Source: Octopus bimaculoides (Eukaryota). Taken from it: a stretch of 32,196 nucleotides of DNA. The notes below the pieces were generated by a model. That model had not been told where the DNA came from and made no database searches. It was given only the letters and a program-made list of their open reading frames with translations. The position numbers and the translations under genes were made by a program. This document shows positions 11,911 to 23,204 of the stretch, in pieces (position 1 is the first letter of the stretch; each line of letters begins with the position of its first letter). The DNA is taken from the NCBI RefSeq assembly GCF_001194135.2, contig NC_068998.1, positions 8,177,314 to 8,209,509 on the forward strand, read 5' to 3'.

Positions 11911-11957
11911 GCAGAGCTCGATGAACGTACTTGCTATGTACGTGAAACTATTAATAG
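11911..11957 (+). ncRNA. Decayed hammerhead-ribozyme-like motif
   Basis: tCGATGA (11918-24), perfect stem II ACGTAC/GTACGT with 7-nt loop (11925-43), GAAA (11944-47), ctattaatag. Core position 3/4, the NUH triplet and stem I are imperfect. Confidence 0.45.
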
Positions 11958-12736
11958 CGTGTGTAATTCATGTGGAGTGAAACACATATCTTGATATTGG
12001 GCTCTCACGAGATGAAGTAATCTTCTTGTTGAACATTTTACGCAGTGAAATTTATATATATATATATATGATTCCGAATGATTGTAATATGACAAGATCT
12101 AGAATTGTCTACCAGAACTCTATTATTTTCTTACAATATAGTTTTACTTTCATAGAGAGCACATTCTTACTTATATTTATTTATCTAACAGGTATATTTT
12201 CCTCACGTATGTATAGTTTCTATCAATAGCGTGTAGCAATCTCTGTCTACCTATCTGTCTCTATACGCACACATACTCATATCTATATGTATGTATAATA
12301 CATCCATACAGACTTACATATACATAAATATGTGTATATATATGTGTGTATGTGTGTGTGTGTGTGTGCGTGTGTGTGTGTGCGTGTGTGTGTATTGAAC
12401 ATGTTCCTTCATGACAAAATAAAACAGTAATAAAGTAATAATTAGTATTCAACATGATTTTATTCGTTCTCGTAATTTTCGTTATTCCCTCGCTTATTGC
12501 TATAATGTATGCACTAATTTATACTAATTGTCTCTCGTAACAGCTGAGACCTAATGTACGCATTTTATCTTGGGATCAAGTAATCTTGAAATGGTTATAT
12601 CAATGAAAATGCATTCTTGTACACTAACTACAAACCTATAAGGGCACTAATTGGGTTCGAACAATAAGAACGAAATATGTCAAAACCTCTCTTGAATATA
12701 CGTCAAATGGTAGAAGTTCATAGCAAATAGCATTTT

Positions 12737-12876
12737 AGGCGCAGGTGTAGCTTGCTTAACAACCACATGGTTCCGGGTTCAATCCCACTGCGTAGCAGCG
12801 TCTTCTACCATAGCCTCGGGCCCACCAAAACCCTGTGAGTAGATTTGGTAGACGGAAACTGAAAGAAGACCGTCGT
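12737..12876 (+). mobile_element. tRNA-derived SINE, family B, 5' half with small internal deletions
   Basis: aggcgcagg..agcttgcttaacaaccacatggttccgggttcaatcccactgcg (B box GGTTCAATCCC at ~12776-86)...gatttggtagacggaaactgaaagaagaccgtcgt, then (TA)n. Homologous to 22690-23204 (-), 16890-16952 and 29886-29918 (-). Confidence 0.85.
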
Positions 12877-12898
12877 ATATGTATATATATATATATAT

Positions 12899-13595
12899 AC
12901 ATCACCTTCATGTTGATGAAATGATCTTGGCCAACTTTGCAGCAGTTGAAGAGCAGTGTTTCCACTACATGGATTGTCTCTTTGTCTATGAATCAAATTA
13001 ATGAACCCGATACTGATCTTGAATTGGAAACGTTCAAGGAAACGACCTGGATCTGCCTCAATCATTGTGAGATTTTCCATGATGTGACGAGGCCGGTGTG
13101 CTTTTGATCAGGTGTCAGAAAACGTGGCACCCACAGAGCTGAAACCTTCGTCATGCCAAGTTCGTTATGGACAATATTCTCAACTCTCTCACGGCATATG
13201 CTTTTAGCATTCGTTATTTTATTTATTGTCAATCGCTTGTAGTTTTCTTCCGTTGCAGGACGTGCACACTTCGGGTCATCTTCAACACACTCCCTTCCTT
13301 TCCAAAATTCAGCTGCCCACTTTTGCACTGTCGAGAGAGCTGGAGCGTTTCCCGTAATATAGCAACCATGTCAGTATGAATATTATTGGGGGATCCACGA
13401 TGTCAAATTTTGTCCATTTTTAAGAGGAGTCGCTGCTGGATACATTTGAATTTTTCTTTGGAAAATCAAATGTCAGTTTATTTCAAAGGCAACAATACAA
13501 ATATGAATATGATGTAGAAATTAATGCTTTCACGATTTCACAGCTCTAGCATCACTCTTTCATAGTCATCCTATGACTTTTGAAGCCCACCTGCG
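12899..13595 (-). mobile_element. Decayed mariner transposon, 5' half with one TIR
   Basis: TA at 13596-97, TIR-like cgcaggtgggcttcaaaagtcataggatgac, ATG at 13417 (MDKI..), then QKWAAEF.KGRECVEDDP..ARP, LGMTKVSALWVPRFLTPDQK, EADPGRFLERF, QWKH. Canonical mariner HTH and WVPR motifs; truncated before the catalytic D..D; frameshifted. Confidence 0.92.
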
Positions 13596-14068
13596 TAATC
13601 ATGAAACCTAGAAAATAATGAATGATGAGGTTCCAAATAGCGCTGATGACAAGGCCGGCCGATCACACAGGAGAAGAAAATATAACGAGTTGAATTTAAT
13701 TCATATTACAAAGTAAATTATAAGAAAGTAGATTTGGCGTCATCATATGTTTTACACAAGCCTGCTTGTTCAGCGATCAATTAGCTGGCAGTAGCTAGTG
13801 TAAAAAAAACAACTGGAATAATTTCAGGAAGTCGGATAGCTTTTAGTGGCTTTTACTCGAAAAGAGCAAATTGCATGAGAGTGTATGACATGAAAAGTTG
13901 TCGATAAAAGCTTACATAAACTGTACTCTCTTCTGCGCGCAGAAAAGCACACAAACAAAAGTACAAAGGAGTTTGTGTGTGCGTGTCTGCTTCTGTTTGA
14001 GTATGTGTGTGTTTGCTTATGTGTGGGTCTCCTTATGCATTTGTATGTGTGTGTGTGTATTTATGCAA

Positions 14069-14070
<2 letters not shown>

Positions 14071-14124
<54 letters not shown>

Positions 14125-14160
14125 ATTTGAGTCAGAAAAATAGAGAGACAGAGATAGTGC
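14071..14160. repeat. (GA)n microsatellite
   Basis: Direct reading. Confidence 0.95.
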
Positions 14161-14211
14161 GTCAGAGAAAGTGACAGTGAAATTGATAATAAACGATGGC
14201 TCAAATATATA

Positions 14212-15105
14212 CGAAGGGGTACCCAAAAGAAACCGGAATTTTTCAGTAGAATTTTATTCCCTGAGTTTTACTTGTTTACACCTTTATCGCCTTCAAACTT
14301 TTCCATTTGAAGCAATGTATCGGTCCAGGTGCGTTTCCCACTGTTCGAAACTGTGCTGGAACTCTTGCAAAGTGATGCCTTTTAACGCCTCCATCGTTTT
14401 TTCGCTTCACCCCTATCATATCTGCAAATTCCGTGGTACCAGGTTCCATCCCCAGTGATGACCTTAGGAAACAAGTCCGGATAAACTTCCAATTGTTCTT
14501 TCAGTTCACGACACGCATTTAGTCGTAACTGCTTTTGATCCTTCGTGAACAAGCGAGGCACAAATTATGCTGCAACTCTTTTCATCCGCAATTCCTCGCT
14601 CAGAATTCGTTGGCAGGAGCTCCAGGACACACCAGTCATATCAACAACTGGGTCAATTGTTTGGTGACAGTCCTCAAAGATCATTTCAGGATTTTCATGG
14701 TGTTTTGATTCGTTCGGGAGGTCGATGATCGTCCTGAAAGAGGTTGTTCTTCAAGCGAGAAATGACTACTCCTAATGCGTGGAAACCACTCGTAAACTTA
14801 TGTTTTGCTCATGTCAGCGTCCTTGTAAGCTGTTTGAAGTATGACAACTGTTTCAGCCGCCGTTTTCCACAACAGAAAATAGAATTTCACGGAAGCAAGC
14901 TGTTGTTTCGTTTCAGTCATTGACGAATAGTGGAAACACACTTCAAGACAAAGACGCAACACGTGACGGTACTACTTCATCCGACGACGCCAGTCGGCAG
15001 ACATATGCCTGAAGGTCGCATCAAGTGGCTCCTAGCAGCGGAGGCCTGAGCTACAATCGGTTTGTCCACAGAGAACGTTTCCGTTTACTTTTGGGTAATT
15101 CCTCG
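14212..15105 (-). mobile_element. Internally deleted mariner transposon with both TIRs and TA target duplication
   Basis: TA-cgaaggggtacccaaaagaaaccggaa ... ttccgtttacttttgggtaattcctcg-TA. ATG at 14920: MTETKQQLASVKFYFLLWKTAAET...VYEWF...ILSEELRMKRVAA*FVPRL...KVITGDGTWY, joined at ~14430 to FADMIGVKRKTMEALKGITLQEFQHSFEQW...RYIASNG. The second and third catalytic Asp are deleted; stops present. Confidence 0.95.
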
Positions 15106-15312
15106 TATATACAAGAGAATTTATAAAACGCAAACCTTGCTATAATTTTCTACATGTTATGGTAATAATATGGTAAAATTCATGAGAGTGTATTAGTACC
15201 ATTTGATATCTTTTGAAAAAAATATTATCGAGGCAAAGCCGATTCACGTCAGTGTCAGACAGGCTTTTGCAAATGTATAAAGTGCTTTATCACAGTAAGA
15301 TAAGTTATATAA

Positions 15313-15313
<1 letters not shown>

Positions 15314-15374
<61 letters not shown>
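15314..15374. repeat. (TA)n-(TG)n microsatellite
   Basis: Direct reading. Confidence 0.95.
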
Positions 15375-15377
<3 letters not shown>

Positions 15378-15981
15378 CGCGTATCTTACAAGGTTTCTTC
15401 TAGTGTAAAATGCAGTTTTAAAATGCTCTGCAAGATTTGGGGGGATTAAAAAAGAGGTAACAACTTTCTATTTTGCTTATTCTGGAGAGCCATCATAAAA
15501 AAATCATATCTATTTTCGAATAATAAAGAGATTTTTAACGATAATCCGTAATGTATGGCATCGATGAAGAAGATATGATGGACCATAGGGAGCCTACATA
15601 ATGTTATCTTACATCATGAGTGAGCCGGAAAATGCTGTTTTACATTCAATATCATTTTTTTTTTCCTATTCAATATAACAGCATATCTAAAAGTGGAATG
15701 TGCTTTGTATGTCAATATGAGACTAACGCATTTTGTATATTGAATTTGTTTCTTTCTTATATTTTAGAATGCTTTTTTTTCTCTTTATCTTTTCCTTATG
15801 CAGTTCTAGAACAACAACAGAGGATATAGCATTAGCCTTGAATTCAGCTTTTTACTCTCTTGTTACGCCTGTTTCGGCTTTATTTCTTTTTAACTATTCA
15901 AGCTACTTCCAAAGACAGCTACTCTTCTACTTCAACTGAAGGAAGTGATATGCAATAGAATGAAGACCAAGCAAAATTGTG

Positions 15982-16058
15982 AATAAATAAATAGATAAAT
16001 AAATAAATAAATAAATAAATAAGGAAATAAATAAATGAATGAATGAATGTATGAATGA
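15982..16058. repeat. (AAAT)n grading into (GAAT)n
   Basis: Direct reading. Confidence 0.92.
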
Positions 16059-16248
16059 AAACAGGAGTCTGTCAACAAAATATATACCATTTATTCATGG
16101 GTAAGATACAAATCAAAAATATTTTGATAATTTCTTAGTTGCATAACTTCTATTTGAATCTAATCACGTAGAAATATGGCTAAAGGCGTTCCAACATTGC
16201 CCATCAGGTACCATTTGCTATTCATGCGTAATGCAACCGGGATGATAA

Positions 16249-16482
16249 AACTGGCATTCCGTCGGTTACAAAGATGAGGGTTCTAGTTGATGAATGGAAC
16301 AGCCTGCTCGGGAAATTAATGCGTTAGCGTACTTAAGGGCCACAGAGAATGTGACAAAGCTAGCCCTTTGCAATACAGACACTACTCAATTTTGCCAGCT
16401 GAGTGGACTGCAGCAACGTGAAATAAAGTGTCTTGCTCAAGAACACAACACATCATCGAATACTCTATCCGCTAAGCCACGC
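16249..16482 (-). mobile_element. tRNA-derived SINE, family C (CORE-like), B-box region deleted
   Basis: Minus strand: cgtggcttagcggatagag (A box TGGCTTAGCGG), a deletion, then gttcttgagcaagacactttatttcacgttgctgcagtccactcagctggc (resembles the CORE motif CCTTGGGCAAGTCACTT), ending gtaaccgacggaatgccagtt. Single copy in the window, so family assignment rests on recall. Confidence 0.72.
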
Positions 16483-16889
16483 TGGCTAATGAAATAAGAG
16501 ATTAAGATATAAAGCAGACGATCATAACAGTACGAGGCTCTGGTGGTCTTGACGAATAAGAACGATTTATTTGCATTAACCACTGTCTTTATTTCGTTCC
16601 ACATTATAGTGATTGCTTTGACCAAGAGGACCAAGTACACTCTAACGGCAACAAATTTTACTCAACATACGTTCTACATGCGATAAGTTGCTTTCAGTAT
16701 TACCATGAACAATCATGATAGATTTAGCAGAATAGAGTCAGTTTGTAAGACAAGGGTACACCAGAGTGCTACGGACCGTGAACGATAATACACAAAAGAC
16801 TTAGACAAGGGCTTGTTTAATGCAAGTGCAGGGGAAGATATTGTATTAAGACCGTCTGACCGCCGATCTTTATAAATGGAATTCCATAA

Positions 16890-16952
16890 AACCACTTGGT
16901 TCAAATTCAGTGATGTGGCACAGCACCATGGACATGTGTCTTCTACTATAGC
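16890..16952 (+). mobile_element. SINE family B fragment
   Basis: ggttcaaattcagtgatgtggcacagcaccatggacatgtgtcttctactatagc matches the B-box to gtcttctaccatagc segment of 12776-12816. Confidence 0.6.
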
Positions 16953-17118
16953 TTATAAACACCTACCACGCTATAGATAGATAGATAGATATAGATATAT
17001 CTATCTATCTATATCTATATCTATATCTATNNNNNNNNNNNNNNNNNNNNNNNNNNNNNNNNNNNNNNNNNNNNNNNNNNNNNNNNNNNNNNNNNNNNNN
17101 NNNNNNNNNNNNNNNNNN

Positions 17119-17152
<34 letters not shown>

Positions 17153-17561
17153 TTATATATTTACATACACATATGCATGTGCAATATGCACTTTGACGAA
17201 ACTCGTACGGCCATATTTGAAATATTTATGCAAATATGAAAGGAAAAGTATTAAAGTAAAACTATAGCGATGTATGTTTGTTGTTGATAGTATTGCCATC
17301 GTTGTCGTTGTTGTTCTTATTTTTCTTACTACGCTGTTTGTCGTACTTGTATGAAAGTCATTAGAGAGTTGGCTTCAAAATTCGTCTTTCAGCATTTGTG
17401 TTTAAACAAAACATTGTTCGGGATGCGTAATCTAATCGCTGCATATTGTTTGTTTTTAAATTTAATGTCGTATGCATACAACTCTAGAATCACAACACGA
17501 TGTCTCGTTGCAACATACATACATCCTCGCTCACATATTTATATGTGCATGCGTGTGTGTT

Positions 17562-17606
<45 letters not shown>

Positions 17607-18841
17607 TTCTAAGCTTGCCCCGCATTTATTTTTATAAAATTCCTTTGAAAATTTTGCTTGCATTGAAACTTTTGTACAGCTGTTAGGTTCTTAGGGATTC
17701 GAATATATATNNNNNNNNNNNNNNNNNNNNNNNNNNNNNNNNNNNNNNNNNNNNNNNNNNNNNNNNNNNNNNNNNNNNNNNNNNNNNNNNNNNNNNNNNN
17801 NNNNNNNNNNNNNNNNNNNNNNNNNNNNNNNNNNNNNNNNNNNNNNNNNNNNNNNNNNNNNNNNNNNNNNNNNNNNNNNNNNNNNNNNNNNNNNNNNNNN
17901 NNNNNNNNNNNNNNNNNNNNNNNNNNNNNNNNNNNNNNNNNNNNNNNNNNNNNNNNNNNNNNNNNNNNNNNNNNNNNNNNNNNNNNNNNNNNNNNNNNNN
18001 NNNNNNNNNNNNNNNNNNNNNNNNNNNNNNNNNNNNNNNNNNNNNNNNNNNNNNNNNNNNNNNNNNNNNNNNNNNNNNNNNNNNNNNNNNNNNNNNNNNN
18101 NNNNNNNNNNNNNNNNNNNNNNNNNNNNNNNNNNNNNNNNNNNNNNNNNNNNNNNNNNNNNNNNNNNNNNTATATATATATATATATATATATATCCATA
18201 TGTGTATTTTCATCCTTACGAGGTTGCATATATATAAACATAAATATAACAGTATTCTATAACAAATACACACAGGGACATGTACGTAGATATAGTAGAT
18301 ATACCCTAATAAAAACTACTTCATTCATATACACACTCTTTTTGCGCACATATGTATCCAAATGATACACGGGTAGGAAGGTTTTGTAAACAATAAACGA
18401 AATGCACTATTTGTTTTCTTGTAAGTCTTTCTATAAATTTCTGTCAGATACAAGCTTTTAATGGCGTTTGGAAGACCACTCACATCCACATGATATCGCT
18501 TCTTTTACTTATGATGTTGTTAGTGTTATTATTTCACTCAAAGTCATTTCCATCTGAACAGTGTCATAACCAAATATTTTCATACGTTTCCAATAATAAC
18601 AATCTGTGTAGAGTTTCATCATTTCATGTACCGATTATTTATTTATTTGTTTATTTTTATCTTTTACGATCGGTAGGAAATAATGGAAGGCTTTGCAATA
18701 CATGGCTATGACAATTACCAGCATAATTGTCGATCTTTCGATGCTGGTATATTTGCAATCAGGCGTTTTAAATTTCTCTGGAGTCATTCTTTCTCTCATC
18801 GTCTCCCTTCCTTCCCCTTCTCTCGCTCCCTCTGTAACTCT

Positions 18842-18847
<6 letters not shown>

Positions 18848-18888
<41 letters not shown>

Positions 18889-18944
18889 TTATCAATCTCT
18901 CTATCTGTCTCTCTGTATATGTATGTTTGCTGTTTCCTCTCACT

Positions 18945-18980
<36 letters not shown>
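18848..18980. repeat. (CT)n microsatellites
   Basis: Direct reading; two runs. Confidence 0.95.
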
Positions 18981-18983
<3 letters not shown>

Positions 18984-19512
18984 TGTCTCCATGTATTTAT
19001 TTCCGCTCTCACGTCTTTGTGAATCGGCGCCCACTTGTCTGTGCTTTTCTTGCAGCGCTAAAGAAATGTTGTCGCTAAAACAGGCTCAATGCCTAGCTGG
19101 CCGTGTCCAATAATCTACACCCAAATAGCGGCACCCATTCATCTCATTCCAGAAATTTACTCTTTAGAATTAATTTAGACTTAAAAGAGAAGGTATTCGA
19201 ATGAACTTAACCTACAGGAAAATATTTTACCACGTCGATAACTACCCATTGTTATTAAACTGTTGATGCAAGTAGAACTAATGTGCACATCTGCGATTTT
19301 GATGATAGCCCTTCACTAAAAAAGAATTGTTTTACCTGTACCGGTAATATCATACATTTAGCCAAAACAACTTGAAGAAAACAAAAGGATGAGTAGGGAA
19401 TGCATAACACATATGCGTAAACGGAAGCAATACATAACTTCAACGAGTACATTTATACATTTTTAACAGACTACGCTTCTGAGACGAGCAAAAAAATAAC
19501 GGAATATATATA

Positions 19513-19765
19513 TTACTTGCTTTACTCCTCCATTTGCTTCAGTCACCCGACGGTGGTCATTCTAGAACACAGCCTTAAAGTGATTTTAGGCAAAGAAACC
19601 GACGCCAAGACTTATTCTTTGTTAGACTAGTACCTATCCTATCCATCTCTTTTGTCGCACCGCTAAATTACGGGTTCAGCCGATGTTACAGGGAAAGGCA
19701 ACGTCGGTTGTCGAGCAATGCTGCAGAGAAAAACGCAGACACACACATATATATACACACACACG

Positions 19766-19799
<34 letters not shown>

Positions 19800-19803
19800 C
19801 GGG
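19513..19803 (-). mobile_element. SINE family B, 3' half including its internal microsatellite
   Basis: Ends in (TA)n-tgacggg, matching the acgacgg boundary of other family B copies; the body cttcagtcacccgacggtggtcattctagaacacagcc...gacttattctttgttagactagtac...ctcttttgtcgcaccgctaa...tcggttgtcgagcaatg matches the family tail as I recall it. Confidence 0.65.
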
Positions 19804-19869
19804 TAAAGTTGTATGAACACGTCATATTTGTGTGTCCTGTACAGAGGACCTGAAAGACAAAATGTTAAA

Positions 19870-20290
19870 AATATTTTTGCAGACTAATGACATATCAAAA
19901 TTAGATATTCGAAACATTTTGGTATCATTAAGCACCAAGACACGTGATAGATTACTAACAGATGTAACAAAATTGTAGTTATGGCTCCGGACGGCAGTAT
20001 CTTATAGGCTCCATTTATGAGTTGAATATTTTTCTCAAGAGTCGAGGAGACCCCCATTAATTTTTCACAAGTCTGTTTGTAAGGTAGCTCTTCTAGGCTA
20101 ACTGTTTGAAAATAGAACCATTCATCTTGAAATGTTTGTCAAACTTACTATGGTGGCAGAGAAAGTGGCAAATGTTTTCTACAAACTTAGGTCACTTAAA
20201 TCCAGTGACTTACCAATGCCCCGATACCGTCTTATATTGTTATCTACTTTGTATTTCATAATGTCCTTTGGCGATGGATGCGTTGCGTAA
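19870..20290 (+). mobile_element. Decayed non-LTR reverse transcriptase (domains 5-7 and thumb; R1/Jockey/I-like)
   Basis: ttt gca gac (FAD, 19876-84), ~48 codons later VEYFSQ.SRRPP, then LLG*LFENRTIH..VAEKVANVFYKLRSL....P..YRLILLSTLYFIMSFG. Spacing fits FADD..KTE..YLGV..H..A.KA...L.R...LLYG. Confidence 0.55.
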
Positions 20291-22093
20291 AAACATCCAT
20301 ATCTGCGCACATGCAAGTATGAAAATAAATCAGAATAATCAGGCTGAATACGAGAAGGCTATCATCTGACAAGATGAGGCAATAATCATTATATATATAT
20401 ATATATATGAATGTATGTATATGTATATGTATGTATATCAGTATTCATCTCTTTCAGGAAATGCTGGTTTTTTCCTATAGTCAGCAGATACGTAATCAAA
20501 GACCATTTTCTTTCTTCTTCAATTTTTAGGCTTTTTCTTTTATTTTTACTGAGTTGATCTTGTACTCGGTTCAGACAAAGAGTATGCAGGAGACAACATT
20601 ATGCAGTGTCTGCTTCCTTTTTTTCGTTCATTCGTTTATTTTTTTTTTCTTTTCTGATACCACGCTATGATTGGAAATGGTGTCGTTGCTATTTCTGAAA
20701 GCCTGAGCAATAACATAAGCAAACTCATTGTCTGGTGGTTTATTCAAAAGATTTATGGTACTTTTGATGAGAATCTTTGCACCTAACAGTATATATCTCT
20801 GCAGACATGTTTGTCTTGCATAAAGTCAATTCTCATCCATTTCTGTTTCCCAGCTTTTATTTGTTATTATTTTTGCTATTTATTTTTCTTTCTGTTGTTG
20901 TTTTCTTTTTTTACAGCATTACTATAGAAAATGTCAGCTATTTACCGAGAGTTCCACAACTTTTACTATTCAACGATCAGATGGTTAAAGCAGATATATA
21001 ATAGATTTATCAGCAAAAACATAGTTATAGTGTAATATGGAGAAGCAATAAAAACAGTTTAGTATATTCTACTAGTACGATTAATACTCTTACCACTACT
21101 GCCACCACCACTACCAGTATAAATGAAGCGTGTTTGTCTATGTTATTATTATCGTGTCCTTTGTACCAAACATGTATTTTATTTCTATTTTATTCGCAAA
21201 TGTTATTAAACTGTTGGAACAGATTTCGTTCATAAGAATCATGCGTAGCAGACACAGCATCCATACTGCCTTCAAATATATATATATATATATATACATA
21301 TATNNNNNNNNNNNNNNNNNNNNNNNNNNNNNNNNNNNNNNNNNNNNNNNNNNNNNNNNNNNNNNNNNNNNNNNNNNNNNNNNNNNNNNNNNNNNNNNNN
21401 NNNNNNNNNNNNNNNNNNNNNNNNNNNNNNNNNNNNNNNNNNNNNNNNNNNNNNNNNNNNNNNNNNNNNNNNNNNNNNNNNNNNNNNNNNNNNNNNNNNN
21501 NNNNNNNNNNNNNNNNNNNNNNNNNNNNNNNNNNNNNNNNNNNNNNNNNNNNNNNNNNNNNNNNNNNNNNNNNNNNNNNNNNTATATGCTTACTTTAACA
21601 TTTAGTCGAGTTCATACATGAAGGTATAATCTCATACACAAGTCTTTTGAGTACACACACAGACATATATACATACATATATATATATGTATATATATAT
21701 ATGTGTATGTATGTGTATATATATATGAGTGTGTGCGTGTGTTCGTATGTGTGTGTTGGTTGCTGCATGTAATATTAGAGGTACTTTAGATACCATTGGA
21801 TATGGACGAGAGCACCATATAGATTATCATCATGCTGTCTACTTCAAATAAAATTGGGGTGGTTACTACTGCAGTGGGCAGTATTACCGCACTGAGGAGT
21901 ATAAATGCACAGACGAAATTTAGGTGCAATAACATAAACACAAGGTGCAGTGCAGTTTTATACCATTCCTGCACTACGTCCGTTTCGCTCGAATGGCAAC
22001 ATATGCGTCGGTAAAATACGCTGCACCTTCTGTTTATCATAATCCTCTCCTTATATACATATGTGTGTGTATGCGTGCGTGCGAGTATGTATC

Positions 22094-22141
<48 letters not shown>

Positions 22142-22689
22142 TGTGTGTTTGGGCATATATGCATTGTATTAGTTGACTGCCACTGCGGAGCTTTGGTGAG
22201 GGAGATTTATCATTTCGTGATTGTTGATAGCATACAATACTTTCGTATTTCACATGTGTGTGTATGCGACAGTTTTTAATAGTTATAAGTTTCTATTGCC
22301 AAATCACCAATCATTTACTGAATAGACTGCGACGTTCTTTGCATTTGATTTGATTTTATTGTCATCTAGGCTCTTGTCGTAGCTACGTGGAAGGACGTTT
22401 GCTTCCCAAACATAGTTATTGCTTCTTGCTTCCTATTCATTTTCTTTATTTTGCTTCTTTTTTTCTTCTTCACATCTTTACTTATACGTATGTATGTCAT
22501 TCTTCAGTTTCATTTCAAGATTGATTTCTCGCCAATATAGAAAGAGCCGGTTTCTAACCTACACCCAAGGCTCCTTCATGGGAATTTCAACAAAATGAAC
22601 AGAGTATTTTTGTAAATATGTATGCATGTATGCATGTATGAAGGTGTGTATGTATGCATATATGCATGCACGAATGTGTGTATGTATGT

Positions 22690-23204
22690 ATACGTCGGGC
22701 GTTTTCACTTTCCGCCTTGTAAATACACTCAAGATTCCTGTTGATCAGGACATCAAGGAATATTATATAGGGTGTCCACAAAGTCTGGATATATGGAGTA
22801 AATAAAATCATAGCATAAACAATTAGATATCAGAAATAATAATTTTCCTTTTTTACTTTTAAGTTTACTCAATAAAGATTAGATTTAAACCACATGAGAG
22901 AACGTAATACCAGTTAGTGTGCTGAAATTGATGGCAATGTAGACTTATTTAATCGCGTTCACCTGAATTTTGCAAGGCGCATCAAGTTATGCCCTGAAAA
23001 TGATAGAAATCATTTTGAAAATATTATTTATTAACGTTATAATTAAATAAAAGTGTTTTGTTTTAAAAGTATGTGTTAATCCCCATGTACCCAGACTTTG
23101 TGCACATCCTGTAGAAGACACCCTCTAAAGAGCACGCAAGATGCTGAACCCCGAACCGTGAAGGTGGAAAGCAAGCTTCTTGCAACACAGCCGTGCTTGC
23201 ACCT
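22690..23204 (-). mobile_element. SINE family B, old copy split by a MITE
   Basis: Head at 23114-23204 (minus: aggtgcaagcacggctgtgttgcaagaagcttgctttcc...ggttcggggttcagc...gtgtcttcta) and remainder at 22690-22767 (tacgtcgggcgttttcactttccgcc...) are colinear once 22768-23111 is removed; (TATG)n follows at 22615-22690. Confidence 0.75.
22768..23111 (+). mobile_element. Tc1/mariner-derived non-autonomous element (344 bp) with TA duplication
   Basis: TA-tagggtgtccacaaagtctggatatatgg ... ccatgtacccagactttgtgcacatcctg-TA (~28-bp TIR). 22888-23034 retains a transposase-type C-terminus NHMRERNTS*CAEIDGNVDLFNRVHLNFARRIKLCPENDRNHFENIIY*. Confidence 0.92.

Noticed and set aside
12180-12212. ctaacag|gtatat...cac|gtatgt, possible micro-exon or recursive splice site
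   Set aside because: Isolated short signals in AT-rich DNA with no supporting gene model.
13640-13665. CTGATGA-caa-ggccggcc-gatc
   Set aside because: Palindrome has no loop and GAAA is absent.
15558-15571. GCATCGATGAAGAA, identical to the first 14 nt of the 5.8S rRNA ITS3 primer site
   Set aside because: Match stops there; no further 5.8S similarity on either side.
19330-19372. Minus-strand 35-nt exon-like segment (aag|...cag|gtaaaa)
   Set aside because: Rare AAG acceptor, 11-codon peptide with no recognisable homology, no coherent multi-exon model.
21886-21935. CTGAGGA...GAAA with gca/tgc flanks
   Set aside because: Stem II has only 2 bp and the cleavage position would be G; not a hammerhead.
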